From Auanema rhodensis (Eukaryota > Animalia > Nematoda): a stretch of 64,000 bases of DNA. The position numbers and the translations under genes are program-made. The notes beneath the pieces were generated by a model. That model saw only the letters and a program-made list of their open reading frames with translations. It was not told the origin of the DNA and made no database searches. The DNA lies in the NCBI GenBank assembly GCA_964057225.1, contig OZ059897.1:5642001-5706000 (forward strand). The letters are read 5' to 3'. This document shows, one piece after another, positions 13,841 through 25,404 of the stretch (position 1 is the stretch's first letter; every line of letters begins with the position of its first letter).

Positions 13841-16432
13841 ATATGGCATATTTCACATGACTGGATGTGGTATGTTGATAACCTAAGGATATTGTTGAAT
13901 TGAAGGTGTGAACATGTATTTTCACGGATATATCTTCTCATTCTTGCTTCATCCTCCACATAATCATCTTGTCCATGCTTCTTCTAATTTTCTACTCAAG
14001 TTTCTTCAAAGTTTTACCCAAATTTCTTCATTTTTATGTTAAAATTATTAAGAAACATGATGTATTCTATCATGATTTCACATATAAATCATATAGTTAA
14101 CATATATGATTTGACCGACATAGTACATACAACTTGACTTTTCTATTGTTTTCCTCATCATATGATCATAAAAGATTTTTTCTTTTTCATTATCTTATAT
14201 CCATAAATAGGATTAAACGATTTCCTTTGGCAATTCTATTCTTAATTCCGTTTTCTCTTTGATTTCATGCTTTTTACGGTCTGCCAACAGCATTTTCCCC
14301 TTTATGAGTAGCCGCAAATCTGTCGACCGGCTTAACTCTCATCAGGTCGTCCAACCCATAGTCTACGGAAGCAAATCACTTCTCATCAGTTGTTCCTCTT
14401 GTTCTTCTCTTAAGACCTATGCTTCTTCGTCTTTCTTTCCAAGAAATGTTCATTTGCTTTCAGATGAAAGGCCTTGTTTGGTCCGTCTTCTTTGTATTTT
14501 TCTCAACCATCGTCACAGCTGACGTCAACCCTTTTTCCTATTGTCGTGAAAGAGTCTTCAACAACTTCTGTGATTTGGAATGTGAAGATGAATTCTTACC
14601 GACCGGTGATTGTGATCTTTACAAGCCACCAACTGTAAGTTTGATTTCTTCTTTCATCAAATTCTTACTTTCAATTCAGATTATCCGGGATGTTAACTTG
14701 ACCATAAACAAGCTTCCATTGGTCTTTGCTAGTCGTCAGAGGTTTACTGTAATGCAATGGAGAATTCAGTATAAAGCTCGGATTCATATCTTGAGTGATC
14801 TCACTAAGATCAGTATCCCATCCAATGCTTTTGACAATGGCAAGGTAAAAGCCCATACATTCCACGTGGCTTTACATGATAATCTGGATTTACAGGATTC
14901 ATCTTCATTCCAATTTTGGATTTTGGTTCGTTTCGAGTCAAGGGCTTCAGAGGAAACATCTCCAATTCAAATCAAAGAAGCATTGGAATCCTCGCTAGTA
15001 GAAAGCGATCGTTCAGAATTTGAACGAATGAGAAGAGCCTCGGAAGAACTTCGTCTTCTAGTCGTCGTTTTGTTCCTCACTATGCTTTCAACTCTTGCTG
15101 CTGTTCTCGTTCTTCTCCGTACCAGACGGCGTCGTCCAGTCTGTGCTCCTGTATGGATTCCACCTATGGAGGACGATCTTAAGAGTAAGTTTACAAAGTT
15201 GATTTCAGATTTAATAGAAACGTGATTTCAGAATCTCCAGAATTGTTCACAACTGCTTCTTCTATCACATATCATAAAGCTATTAGCGAATACGATTATC
15301 TTCCTTATGGGTAAGTTCGTTTAAGTTTCTTGTCTATTCCAACTTGGTTAAAACAATTTTTTTGATCAATCTCTTCTTTCAGGGAGAATGGAAATCAGAT
15401 TCAGAGAAGTGGCAAACCTCAGAAACAACTTTCGTAAGTTATCCTTGTGTTTGATCAGCGTTCAATTCTTCTTTCCAGTTACCGGACTCCACAGCTTCTG
15501 GAAGTTCCACAAAGGACCCCTCTTCATTGGCTCGTGGACAACAACAGTAGTGAGATAACTTCGAACGAAAAGCTTCTGAAAATCGAAGAAATGGTTCAAA
15601 ATGGAATTCACATCAATGCTCAGGACGAAGACGAGGAGACTGCTCTCTTCTTGGCTGTTCGCTGCCAACGTCACTTCATGGTTTCTAAGCTTTTGAGTCT
15701 TGGAGCTGATGCTTCTATCATGAATCGTACTAACTCTACCTGTTTACATCAAGCTGCTCACAATATTGACGTGGAAATGATGGAAATTCTTTTGAATCAT
15801 AAGATTCTTCTGAATACAGTAAGCATTTACCAGGATAGTTGAAGAAATAATTTGAATTTCCCTCTAGGTTGTTGATGGTCGTCGTGCTATCGACGCAGTT
15901 GATGATACTGATCGAACTCCTCTTATGGTTTGTGCTGACAATGTGCTCTCCACCAAGCTTGTTCGTATGCTCATTGATGCTGGAGCTGATCCTGCTGATT
16001 CAGGAGATAAGGTTTGTTTCACCCAGTTTAGAGGCTTCTAACTTGATGTTTAATTGTAGGAATCAATCAAGTATACTGGAATGACTGCTCTGCATCATGC
16101 GGCTCAAACTGGCAACTTGCCAATGATCCAAGTTCTTTTGAACATTAGAGCTGTTAAGATCAATTCTTATGATCAACAAGGAGCTACTCCTCTATGGTAT
16201 GCTGTATCCAGTGGTCATTACCATTGTGTTCAAGCTCTTCTTAATGCTGGAGGCGATATGTACTCCCCAGATCACTTGGTTAGTTTTCTCTTCTCCTTCT
16301 TCTTCTTTTTCCTCCTGCTAGATCTTCCTTTTTCAAAAAATTTAATTTTTCTTCTTTTCAGGATCGTTTTCCAATGGACATTGCTAGAAGCAAAAGATTC
16401 ACTGATATAGAAAATATGCTCATCAGACATCA
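13841..16432 (+). repeat. Left arm of a 2.6-kb near-perfect inverted repeat
   Basis: Reverse complement of 23442-26027. Mirrored ORF coordinates sum to a constant 39868 (39874 after a 6-nt indel in the last intron). Confidence 0.97.
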
Positions 16433-16478
16433 GTTTGAAAGCCGTGTAAAGAAGTCTCGTCAACCTGCTGCAGCATAA
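14464..16478 (+). CDS. EGF-less LIN-12/GLP-1 (Notch)-family receptor, copy A, no PEST tail (~524 aa, 9 exons)
   Basis: Exons 14464-14634, 14680-14844, 14896-15184, 15232-15310, 15383-15433, 15479-15818, 15868-16011, 16060-16278, 16362-16478. Domains: signal peptide MKGLVWSVFFVFFSTIVTA; LNR-like CRERVFNNFCDLECEDEFLPTGDC; HD-like region; TM; RTRRRRPVCAPVWIPPME (RAM, cf. VWMPPME of LIN-12/GLP-1); ankyrins RTPLHWL, AQDEDEETALFLAV, CLHQAA, KYTGMTALHHAAQ. Ends KKSRQPAAA*. Confidence 0.9.
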
Positions 16479-17052
16479 TCCGCTTTAACTATGAATAGGT
16501 TCAAATATTTTTTGTACATATTAGAGATTATTTTTATTTTGTTTTCAATTGTTTTTTTAAATGAGAGCTTAACAGAGAATTATAAATATTTATTTGAAAT
16601 GAGCTTAGAGTCATGCACTTTGATTCATTGGAAAATCAGCTGTTACATAGAATACAAGATATAACTTTGACAATTTTCTAGAGAAAACACAAGATGATTT
16701 TGCGAGTTTATATAGTATATATTCGCTTCAGCATCTGAATCTTAACGAATATCTAGGAAGAGAACTTGGTCGACGTACAACCAAAATCTCTCATTCAAAA
16801 GAAAAATAAACATTTAGTGTACTCCTAACACTATATTAAGAGATTATATCTTAATTTTTGATGAAACTCATGAAATTCTTGAAAGAAGACTTCAAGCAGT
16901 TTATGAAAATTTGGGACACTTCAGAAAATACTTTTAAACATGATTTAAAAAATTTTTAAGATTTTTTCTGAATTCATTAGCGTTTTTTAACAACCAAACT
17001 ATATTTTTTCTAAATTTTTGTAGTTTGTCTGAGAAGGTATAAGGATTTTTAG

Positions 17053-17619
17053 TGAGTGTGCAACCTTCATCGCACATGACTGTACGCGCCCAAAATCCTA
17101 AAACAGAGATAGCCTGTTTGAAACTGTTTCTCTCGGCTAAAGACATCGCATACAACCTGAACGACATTATCTTTCTGCGAAAGACAGATGACGTCACTAG
17201 GGGACTCTGATGTGCCCATGTTTTGAGAATGCACGAAGATCGGTAAGTTGTTTGTCATAATTAGCTGTGCCTCTCATCCTCATGAAATGTACCTTGTTTA
17301 GTGATGCGGACGGTCACGAGTTACCGAGAAACGTGTTCAGCTGCAAAAGCTGTAAGACGTAGTTCAACGTTATCATTACCGTGAGTATATTTATTTGTCA
17401 AATGAAGCCAATAAATCCATTTTTCATGTTTAGCCTCTCAATAACCCGATTGACAAGCTGAACAAATCAGCTGATGACATACTGTGCGTTGGTGGACCTG
17501 AAAGCTGCCGTTCTGAATTCCTCAACGCTCGCTGGCTCCAAGATACTATTCGAACTCGGCACTGTCTAGTTTTCAGTATCGTCGAATCAAAGAATAAAAC
17601 TGGCTTTATTCCATTTTGA
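17053..17619 (+). pseudogene. Spliced gene remnant with two in-frame stops inside the insert
   Basis: Good donors (CG|gtaagt ~17243, ACC|gtgagt 17381) and acceptors join three exons into one frame: ...DDVTRGL*CAHVLRMHEDRDADGHELPRNVFSCKSCKT*FNVIITPLNNPIDKL...GFIPF*. Confidence 0.45.
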
Positions 17620-17883
17620 TAAACATTGAAAAAGTTTCTAGTTTTCGTACTTGTATTAAGAATCATAATTTTTCCTTACTGTGACTTTGTTTTTGAACTT
17701 CCGAAAGGTTTATTTTAATGTTGAATAAACTCCACAAGGAATGACTTGTCCCATCTGTTACTTTGACTCAATTTTAGTTTTGAGCTCAATGCTTACAGAA
17801 ATAAAAATTCGATAAAAGCATTTATTTTTGCTATAAAATATATTAGTGAACAATATACCATGTATTATGCATATAACAATATC

Positions 17884-18351
17884 TTACCAATTGTGAAGCT
17901 TTCCCTTAACTGCCAAGCATTGATAATTTCTACGAAAAATCTGATTAATTGCACGGTCGATACGGAGAGAAGTGGTACGAAAACCATCAAGCATGTGATC
18001 AACCTCTTTCCTGTCTGTTATTAATTTTGGATCATGACGACGATGGATTTCTTCAAACTTGAGTTGATAAATGGTACGAATGGCTGGGATTCGCATGTCC
18101 AAGAACGCAATGGCGGGAGGAAAGTTCTTCTCAAAGAATAGCGTGCAATCAAGGCTACGCATTTTACTGCGTTGTTCCCTCAGCTCGTAGTACTCCTGGA
18201 TATTGGTTGCGGCTGCGATTTCCTCTCTGCTGGGCTCCGTATAGTTTGTCCAATTTCCAGGTGGGGCAAAGCCTAACTCAGCACGAAGCTCCTCAAGACC
18301 AATGACAGCTTGTGCCTCTCTCATCAAAATATCATTGAAAATTTCCGCCAT
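17884..18351 (-). CDS. Intronless 155-aa hypothetical helical protein
   Basis: Uninterrupted ORF with protein-like composition (MAEIFNDILMREAQAVIGLEELRAELGF...FFEKNFPPAIAFLD). An intronless ORF of this length is atypical for this window. Confidence 0.65.
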   Translation of the reverse strand: MAEIFNDILMREAQAVIGLEELRAELGFAPPGNWTNYTEPSREEIAAATNIQEYYELREQRSKMRSLDCTLFFEKNFPPAIAFLDMRIPAIRTIYQLKFEEIHRRHDPKLITDRKEVDHMLDGFRTTSLRIDRAINQIFRRNYQCLAVKGKLHNW

Positions 18352-18983
18352 CCTGTGTCAAAATGTCACCCATTTTTATCTTCGCCAACTGTTTGTCCAT
18401 GTCAAAGGCTCAAGATGGAGCGGTCTTCTCTACAAAGGAGATAGAGCTGTCTAGCGAAGAAGCGGTTGATGTAGAGAAGTAAGTAGCATTGTTGGTGCTG
18501 CCTGAAAGATACAAATATCAGCCAAAACATGACCTTTTCATTTATGCAACTATATATTATAACTATAATACCTGCATGTAAATGGGTCGCAAAGCAGAGA
18601 TAAATGGCGACTATTTTCTTCATATGTTCGCCTGAAAAAATTTAGCGTATTTTAATACTTCTTCGCTAGGAATATGAACAATTTTTATTATAGTCGAATG
18701 AAGAAAGAGAGAAGGCGGCATTCGATCGACCTAGTTCTCGCTCACAACCCGACCGACCCAACACTAGACAGACGACGCTAGACTAGACGGTCATGAACAA
18801 AATGAGATTAAAAAAATATTCACTAAAAATTAAATTAAAGTAAAGACAACACAACTTTTTGAAAATCACTAGTTTCAAGCATTTTCAAAACTAGAAGAGA
18901 ACGGAATTAACCACAAATATGTATACCGAATTCTTGTATTTGAAATGTTGAACATTCAATTATCCTATCTACCTTGATTCTTG

Positions 18984-19829
18984 ATTTACCATGACAGTTG
19001 AAGAAATAATTTGAATTTCCCTCTAGGTTGTTGATGGTCGTCGTGCTATCGACGCAGTTGATGATACTGATCGAACTCCTCTTATGGTTTGTGCTGACAA
19101 TGTGCTCTCCACCAAGCTTGTTCATATGCTCATTGATGCTGGAGCTGATCCTGCTGATTCAGGAGATAAGGTTTGTTTCACCCAGTCTAGAGGCTTCTAA
19201 CTTGATGTTTAATTGTAGGAATCAATCAAGTATACTGGAATGACTGCTCTGCATCATGCGGCTCAAACTGGCAACTTGCCAATGATCCAAGTTCTTTTGA
19301 ACATTAGAGCTTTTAAGATCAATTCTTATGATCAACAAGGAGCTACTCCTCTATGGTATGCTGTATCCAGTGGTCATTACCATTGTGTTCAAGCTCTTCT
19401 TAATGCTGGAGGAGATATGTACTCCCCAGATCACTTGGTTAGTTTTCTCTTCTCCTTCTTCTTCTTTTTCCTCCTGCTAGATCTTCCTTTTTCAAAAAAT
19501 TTAATTTTTCTTCTTTTCAGGATCGTTTTCCAATGGACATTGCTAGAAGCAAAAGATTCACTGATATAGAAAATATGCTCATCAGACATCAGTTTGAAAG
19601 CCGTGTAAAGAAGTCTCGTCAACCTGCTGCAGCTTAATCCGCTTTAACTATGAATAGGTTCAAATATTTTTTGTACATATTAGAGATTATTTTTATTTTG
19701 TTTTCAATTGTTTTTTTAAATGAGAGCTTAACAGAGAATTATAAATATTTATTTGAAATGAGCTTAGAGTCATGCACTTTGATTCATTGGAAAATCAGCT
19801 GTTACATAGAATACAAGATATAACTTTGA
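18984..19829 (+). pseudogene. Partial third copy of the Notch-like gene (last three exons + 3' UTR of copy A)
   Basis: Direct repeat of 15825-16670 (offset 3159) with a few substitutions (e.g. R>H, V>F). It has no start codon or 5' exons, but its splice sites are retained. Confidence 0.9.
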
Positions 19830-20657
19830 TAGGAAGGCTTGTAGTTTACTCAAGTGATAAAGATGTTATATGACGATATCTAAGCTAAATAGGAAAAAGC
19901 TTAATATAAGTGATAGAAATAATCAAATTTTATGATCAAATTTGGAAATAGTTTGGTTTCGAATGTTCAAAAAAAGAATGTATTCCTTGACACATCACAT
20001 TTGTATGGAAGTTCAATGTCCACGATATACTATCACACTGTTTGCTCTTCGAACATGCTACCGAACAAATATTTTTATTATGCTTTGTATAAGAATTATA
20101 AAAAACTTTAGAAGAAATTGCAAGAATATAAAAAGAAAATGAAGATAATTTACTATATCATTAAGCATAAAGAACAATCAAAAATTTCTAAATTTCTATA
20201 GAATTCAAGGATAATTAAGTGACTTTTTAAAGAAATTTTAATAAATTCCTATATTATTGCACGAAGAGCTAATAAAATATTCTTATCAGTCATTCAAACT
20301 ATACGTTGAAGCAGAAGGGCAATTGAATATCAGCAGGCTTTTCATCATATTCATTCCCCCTTAATATAAACCTGTGAAAAAAATAAGATAGAAATGTAGA
20401 ATACTGTTAATTATTGTTAGAAATATATATTATATAATACAAAAATAATAAAATAGCATATTTGTATTAAAATAAATATTTTGAATTAATAAAAATCTTC
20501 ATTTTAAAGTAAACATTCTCCATTTAATCTCATCATACGTTCATAAATCTTAACTTGGTTCTTTATTTTTTACTTACTCCTCTTCTTTGATTATATATTT
20601 ATCATATTTTTTTATAATTTGTATAATTATGAATTATTATGCTTTATTTGCTTAAGA

Positions 20658-22527
20658 ATGGGATTTTTGCTGAAGTTGAAGCAATTATCTCTTTTCTTGA
20701 TTCTTGCCGTTGCTGCTAATTTTGATTATGGTTTCTCGTCTACTTATTTAAACAATCCAGTTGAACAATTCGAGGTTTTCTGAATCCCTTATGTTTTTTT
20801 TATTATTTTTTGAAAAGTATTCAGAATTATTTAAATGAATCGTTACGGAGAAGAGGGGATGTTATGACCGATGCGACATATAATTGGATATGGAATTTAA
20901 TTCTTAATATATGGTAAAGTTCATTCAAACATACTTGCTTATTGAAATTTCTTCCAAGGTTTGTTGGATTTTTTGTGGGAATTTGGTTTAGTCCTCTGCT
21001 AAATGATCGCTTCGGTCGTAAAGGTATCTACATTTCATGTCTCTGCTCTTGCTTCATCCAAAAATTTATTTTGAAGTTGGTTATATAGTTGGAAACGGTT
21101 TTGCATTGATAGCAGCTATACTTCGATATCTTGGAGTTATCTTATATATTCCTGAATTATTGTTTACTGGAAGATTCATCTCTTCAATTTGTATGGCTAT
21201 CACCTATCAATCTTGTATTTTATTTCTTCAGGTTTCTCACAATGTCGTTAAATTACATGAAAATATTCAATTTAAGGAATGTTCTCCTACAAATATGAGA
21301 GGATTTATGTCATTTTTATCGGAAATATCATATGCTATTATGTGCTTTGTTGGAGCAATGTTAGGAACTCAACAATTGCTTGGAAATCATCTCTCAATTC
21401 TTGTTCTTGTGCCTGTTCCATTGTGTACGTTTTCATATCAAACTATCCCATATATTTGGATTCGGATGCTTTTACCGGCTTACTGTAGTTTAGGTTTCGT
21501 ATTCTTAATGGTGTTGTTCTTTGTTCATGAAACTCCAAAGTTTCTCTTACTTGTTCGGAAGGATAGAAAAGGAGCTGAGAAATCTGTTATATTCTACCAA
21601 GGACAGAATGCTCCTGTACCGGATATTCTAAATGAAATCATATTAGTTAAACTTCAAATATAATATTAAATGAATATCTATTATTAATTTCAGGAAGCAG
21701 AAAATGAAGAAGAAACACCCGCAGCATTACAAGCTCTCAAAGAAATTCTTACTACACAACATCTTCGAAAAGCTGTATTACTAAGTTGTTGTGCTTTACA
21801 GGTTTGAAAACATAATCACATACTTCAATATTAATTTTTGACTTCAGAACACAATTGCTTTGTGGTCACTACTCCTTTCTTCAACATTTTTCTTGAGACA
21901 AGCTAATGTAAGCACAAGTCTGTCTGCTTGGAGTAGTACAGCTATGATGTTATCTTATGTCGGAGGAACATTACTTGGATCATCATTAATAGAAAGGTAT
22001 TTTTGATCAAAATAATTTCAAAAGAAATGCTCAACTTTGATAGAGTTGGTCGACGAGGATTGTTGCTATTTTTTATTTTTGTCAATAACTTGTTATTGAT
22101 TACTTTTGTTGCTTGTTCACAACTTCAAGTTGTAGCGGATTTCTTGAAATATGGATGTCTTGCTTCACTAATAGGTTATGGATTCACATATGGGTTAGTA
22201 TGAAAAAGAAAAAGTTCATTTTAATAATATATCTTTCTTTATAGCTCAGGAGTAGGTCCAATATCATGGTTCATCTCATCTGAATTAGTGCCACAGCGTT
22301 ACCGTAGCATGACGCAGTCATTCTGTTATGCTGTTAATACCTTATTTGTTGTTATAACAACATTTTCTATATTACCATTATATAATGCTATTGATTCATA
22401 TGCTTTTTTAATTCTTTATACATTGCCAAATATATTTTGTTTTATCTATCTAGTTAAAGAACTTCCGGAGACTCGTGGTCGTGAAATTCATGACATAGTA
22501 GCTGAATTAAGAGGTAAAGTACGTTGA
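20658..22527 (+). CDS. MFS sugar-porter (GLUT-like) transporter (multi-exon)
   Basis: NFDYGFSSTYLN, DRFGRK, LFTGRF, QECSPTNMRG, HETPKFL, ERVGRR, GVGPISWFISSELVPQRYRS, LPETRGR. Lies in the spacer of the inverted repeat. Confidence 0.9.
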
Positions 22528-22873
22528 TCATACTACATAAAGAGAAATATCTATGTCTAAACATATGTACTATGTTATAAATATAATAATATGTATAAGA
22601 AAATTGTATATTTGATTGTTTTTCATTATATTATTAATTGTTATTCGTTTAAAGTTTATTAAATATTATATTATAAAAGAAATACATATTATATACAATC
22701 CGGGATACAACAATAACTTTTAAACATACAAATACATATATGTGTATAATAAACTATAATAAATATCTGAAACATACATTTTTCATAAATAATGATAATA
22801 AAAACAATCAATATGTACAAACTTATAACTTTTTCAACTTCCTCTATTAACTATTTGCATATATCGTATCGTA

Positions 22874-25404
22874 CTAGACGAGATCTTGACAAACCCATTG
22901 ATTATATGATTTTGTTTGAGCATAAAACTGCATATCTTGATATGGAATCAATGGCTTAGGGAAATATGAGCTTGTTTCAGCTTTTCCGTATGTATCGGCA
23001 GGCTTTTGAACTGGTGCATACATGTTTTCCTTATACTCATCGCATGGTGGTGAACTGGCCTGAAAAATATAAAAATAATTAGCATAATACAATGTTTCTT
23101 AGTTCACGTCATTCACGTGGAACGCTGCCCGTTGAACTAAGTCATTTCTATTTTTAACAGATGATGCGATCGGTTGCAATTTTATTTTCAAAACAAAATC
23201 ATTTTTTGCAATTTCAGAACTACATACCCAATATGAAATGCTGTTATTCGATGGTGGCGAATCATAATGACCAATCACACGTGATGAACCAGATGAATTA
23301 GCTGCAAGACGTACAGGTGAACCATCTTCCGAATCTGATGTAACGATAGGCTTTCTCTAGAAAAAAAATATTGAATTTATTCTTCGATCATCGGCTTTTA
23401 CCTTTGCTGGAGGCTGTCTCGATTTCTCTTTCCGCTCCAATTGATGTCTGATGAGCATATTTTCTATATCAGTGAATCTTTTGCTTCTAGCAATGTCCAT
23501 TGGAAAACGATCCTGAAAAGAAGAAAAATAAATTTTTTTGAAAAAAGAAGATCTAGCAGGAGGAAAAAGAAGGAGAAGAGAAAACTAACCAAGTGATCTG
23601 GGGAGTACATATCGCCTCCAGCATTAAGAAGAGCTTGAACACAATGGTAATGACCACTGGATACAGCATACCATAGAGGAGTAGCTCCTTGTTGATCATA
23701 AGAATTGATCTTAACAGCTCTAATGTTCAAAAGAACTTGGATCATTGGCAAGTTGCCAGTTTGAGCCGCATGATGCAGAGCAGTCATTCCAGTATACTTG
23801 ATTGATTCCTACAATTAAACATCAAGTTAGAAGCCTCTAAACTGGGTGAAACAAACCTTATCTCCTGAATCAGCAGGATCAGCTCCAGCATCAATGAGCA
23901 TACGAACAAGCTTGGTGGAGAGCACATTGTCAGCACAAACCATAAGAGGAGTTCGATCAGTATCATCAACTGCGTCGATAGCACGACGACCATCAACAAC
24001 CTAGAGGCAAATTCAAATTATTTCTTCAACTATCCTGGTAAATGCTTACTGTATTCAGAAGAATCTTATGATTCAAAAGAATTTCCATCATTTCCACGTC
24101 AATATTGTGAGCAGCTTGATGTAAACAGGTAGAGTTAGTACGATTCATGATAGAAGCATCAGCTCCAAGACTCAAAAGCTTAGAAACCATGAAGTGACGT
24201 TGGCAGCGAACAGCCAAGAAGAGAGCAGTCTCCTCGTCTTCGTCCTGAGCATTGATGTGAATTCCATTTTGAACCATTTCTTCGATTTTCAGAAGCTTTT
24301 CGTTCGAAGTTATCTCACTACTGTTGTTGTCCACGAGCCAATGAAGAGGGGTCCTTTGTGGAACTTCCAGAAGCTGTGGAGTCCGGTAACTGGAAAGAAG
24401 AATTGAACGCTGATCAAACACAAGGATAACTTACGAAAGTTGTTTCTGAGGTTTGCCACTTCTCTGAATCTGATTTCCATTCTCCCTGAAAGAAGAGATT
24501 GATCAAAAAAATTGTTTTAACCAAGTTGGAATAGACAAGAAACTTAAACGAACTTACCCATAAGGAAGATAATCGTATTCGCTAATAGCTTTATGATATG
24601 TGATAGAAGAAGCAGTTGTGAACAATTCTGGAGATTCTGAAATCACGTTTCTATTAAATCTGAAATCAACTTTGTAAACTTACTCTTAAGATCGTCCTCC
24701 ATAGGTGGAATCCATACAGGAGCACAGACTGGACGACGCCGTCTGGTACGGAGAAGAACGAGAACAGCAGCAAGAGTTGAAAGCATAGTGAGGAACAAAA
24801 CGACGACTAGAAGACGAAGTTCTTCCGAGGCTCTTCTCATTCGTTCAAATTCTGAACGATCGCTTTCTACTAGCGAGGATTCCAATGCTTCTTTGATTTG
24901 AATTGGAGATGTTTCCTCTGAAGCCCTTGACTCGAAACGAACCAAAATCCAAAATTGGAATGAAGATGAATCCTGTAAATCCAGATTATCATGTAAAGCC
25001 ACGTGGAATGTATGGGCTTTTACCTTGCCATTGTCAAAAGCATTGGATGGGATACTGATCTTAGTGAGATCACTCAAGATATGAATCCGAGCTTTATACT
25101 GAATTCTCCATTGCATTACAGTAAACCTCTGACGACTAGCAAAGACCAATGGAAGCTTGTTTATGGTCAAGTTAACATCCCGGATAATCTGAATTGAAAG
25201 TAAGAATTTGATGAAAGAAGAAATCAAACTTACAGTTGGTGGCTTGTAAAGATCACAATCACCGGTCGGTAAGAATTCATCTTCACATTCCAAATCACAG
25301 AAGTTGTTGAAGACTCTTTCACGACAATAGGAAAAAGGGTTGACGTCAGCTGTGACGATGGTTGAGAAAAATACAAAGAAGACGGACCAAACAAGGCCTT
25401 TCAT
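22874..25404 (-). CDS. EGF-less LIN-12/GLP-1 (Notch)-family receptor, copy B, with PEST-like tail (~627 aa, 11 exons)
   Basis: Identical to copy A through ...ENMLIRHQ, then LERKEKSRQPPAK | exon 23228-23356 (RKPIVTSDSEDGSP...YDSPPSNNSISYW) | exon 22874-23059 (ASSPPCDEY...WVCQDLV*). Confidence 0.9.

Larger units (their letters stand above)
16671..18983. mobile_element. 2.3-kb insert of unknown origin between ~846-bp direct repeats (putative mobile/captured cassette)
   Basis: Lies exactly between the duplicated segments 15825-16670 and 18984-19829. Its coding parts are visibly more GC/CpG-rich than flanking genes. No TIR, LTR or transposase motif was recognised. Confidence 0.35.

Noticed and set aside
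14419-15225. 268-aa ORF taken as a complete single-exon protein, separate from the ankyrin ORFs
   Set aside because: It reads through two in-frame introns (45 and 51 nt) and splices in phase to the ankyrin exons, forming one receptor gene.
15825-19829. LTR retrotransposon (long direct repeats flanking an internal region)
   Set aside because: The repeats are host Notch-like exons with introns and 3' UTR. No TG...CA ends, PBS/PPT or gag/pol motifs were seen.
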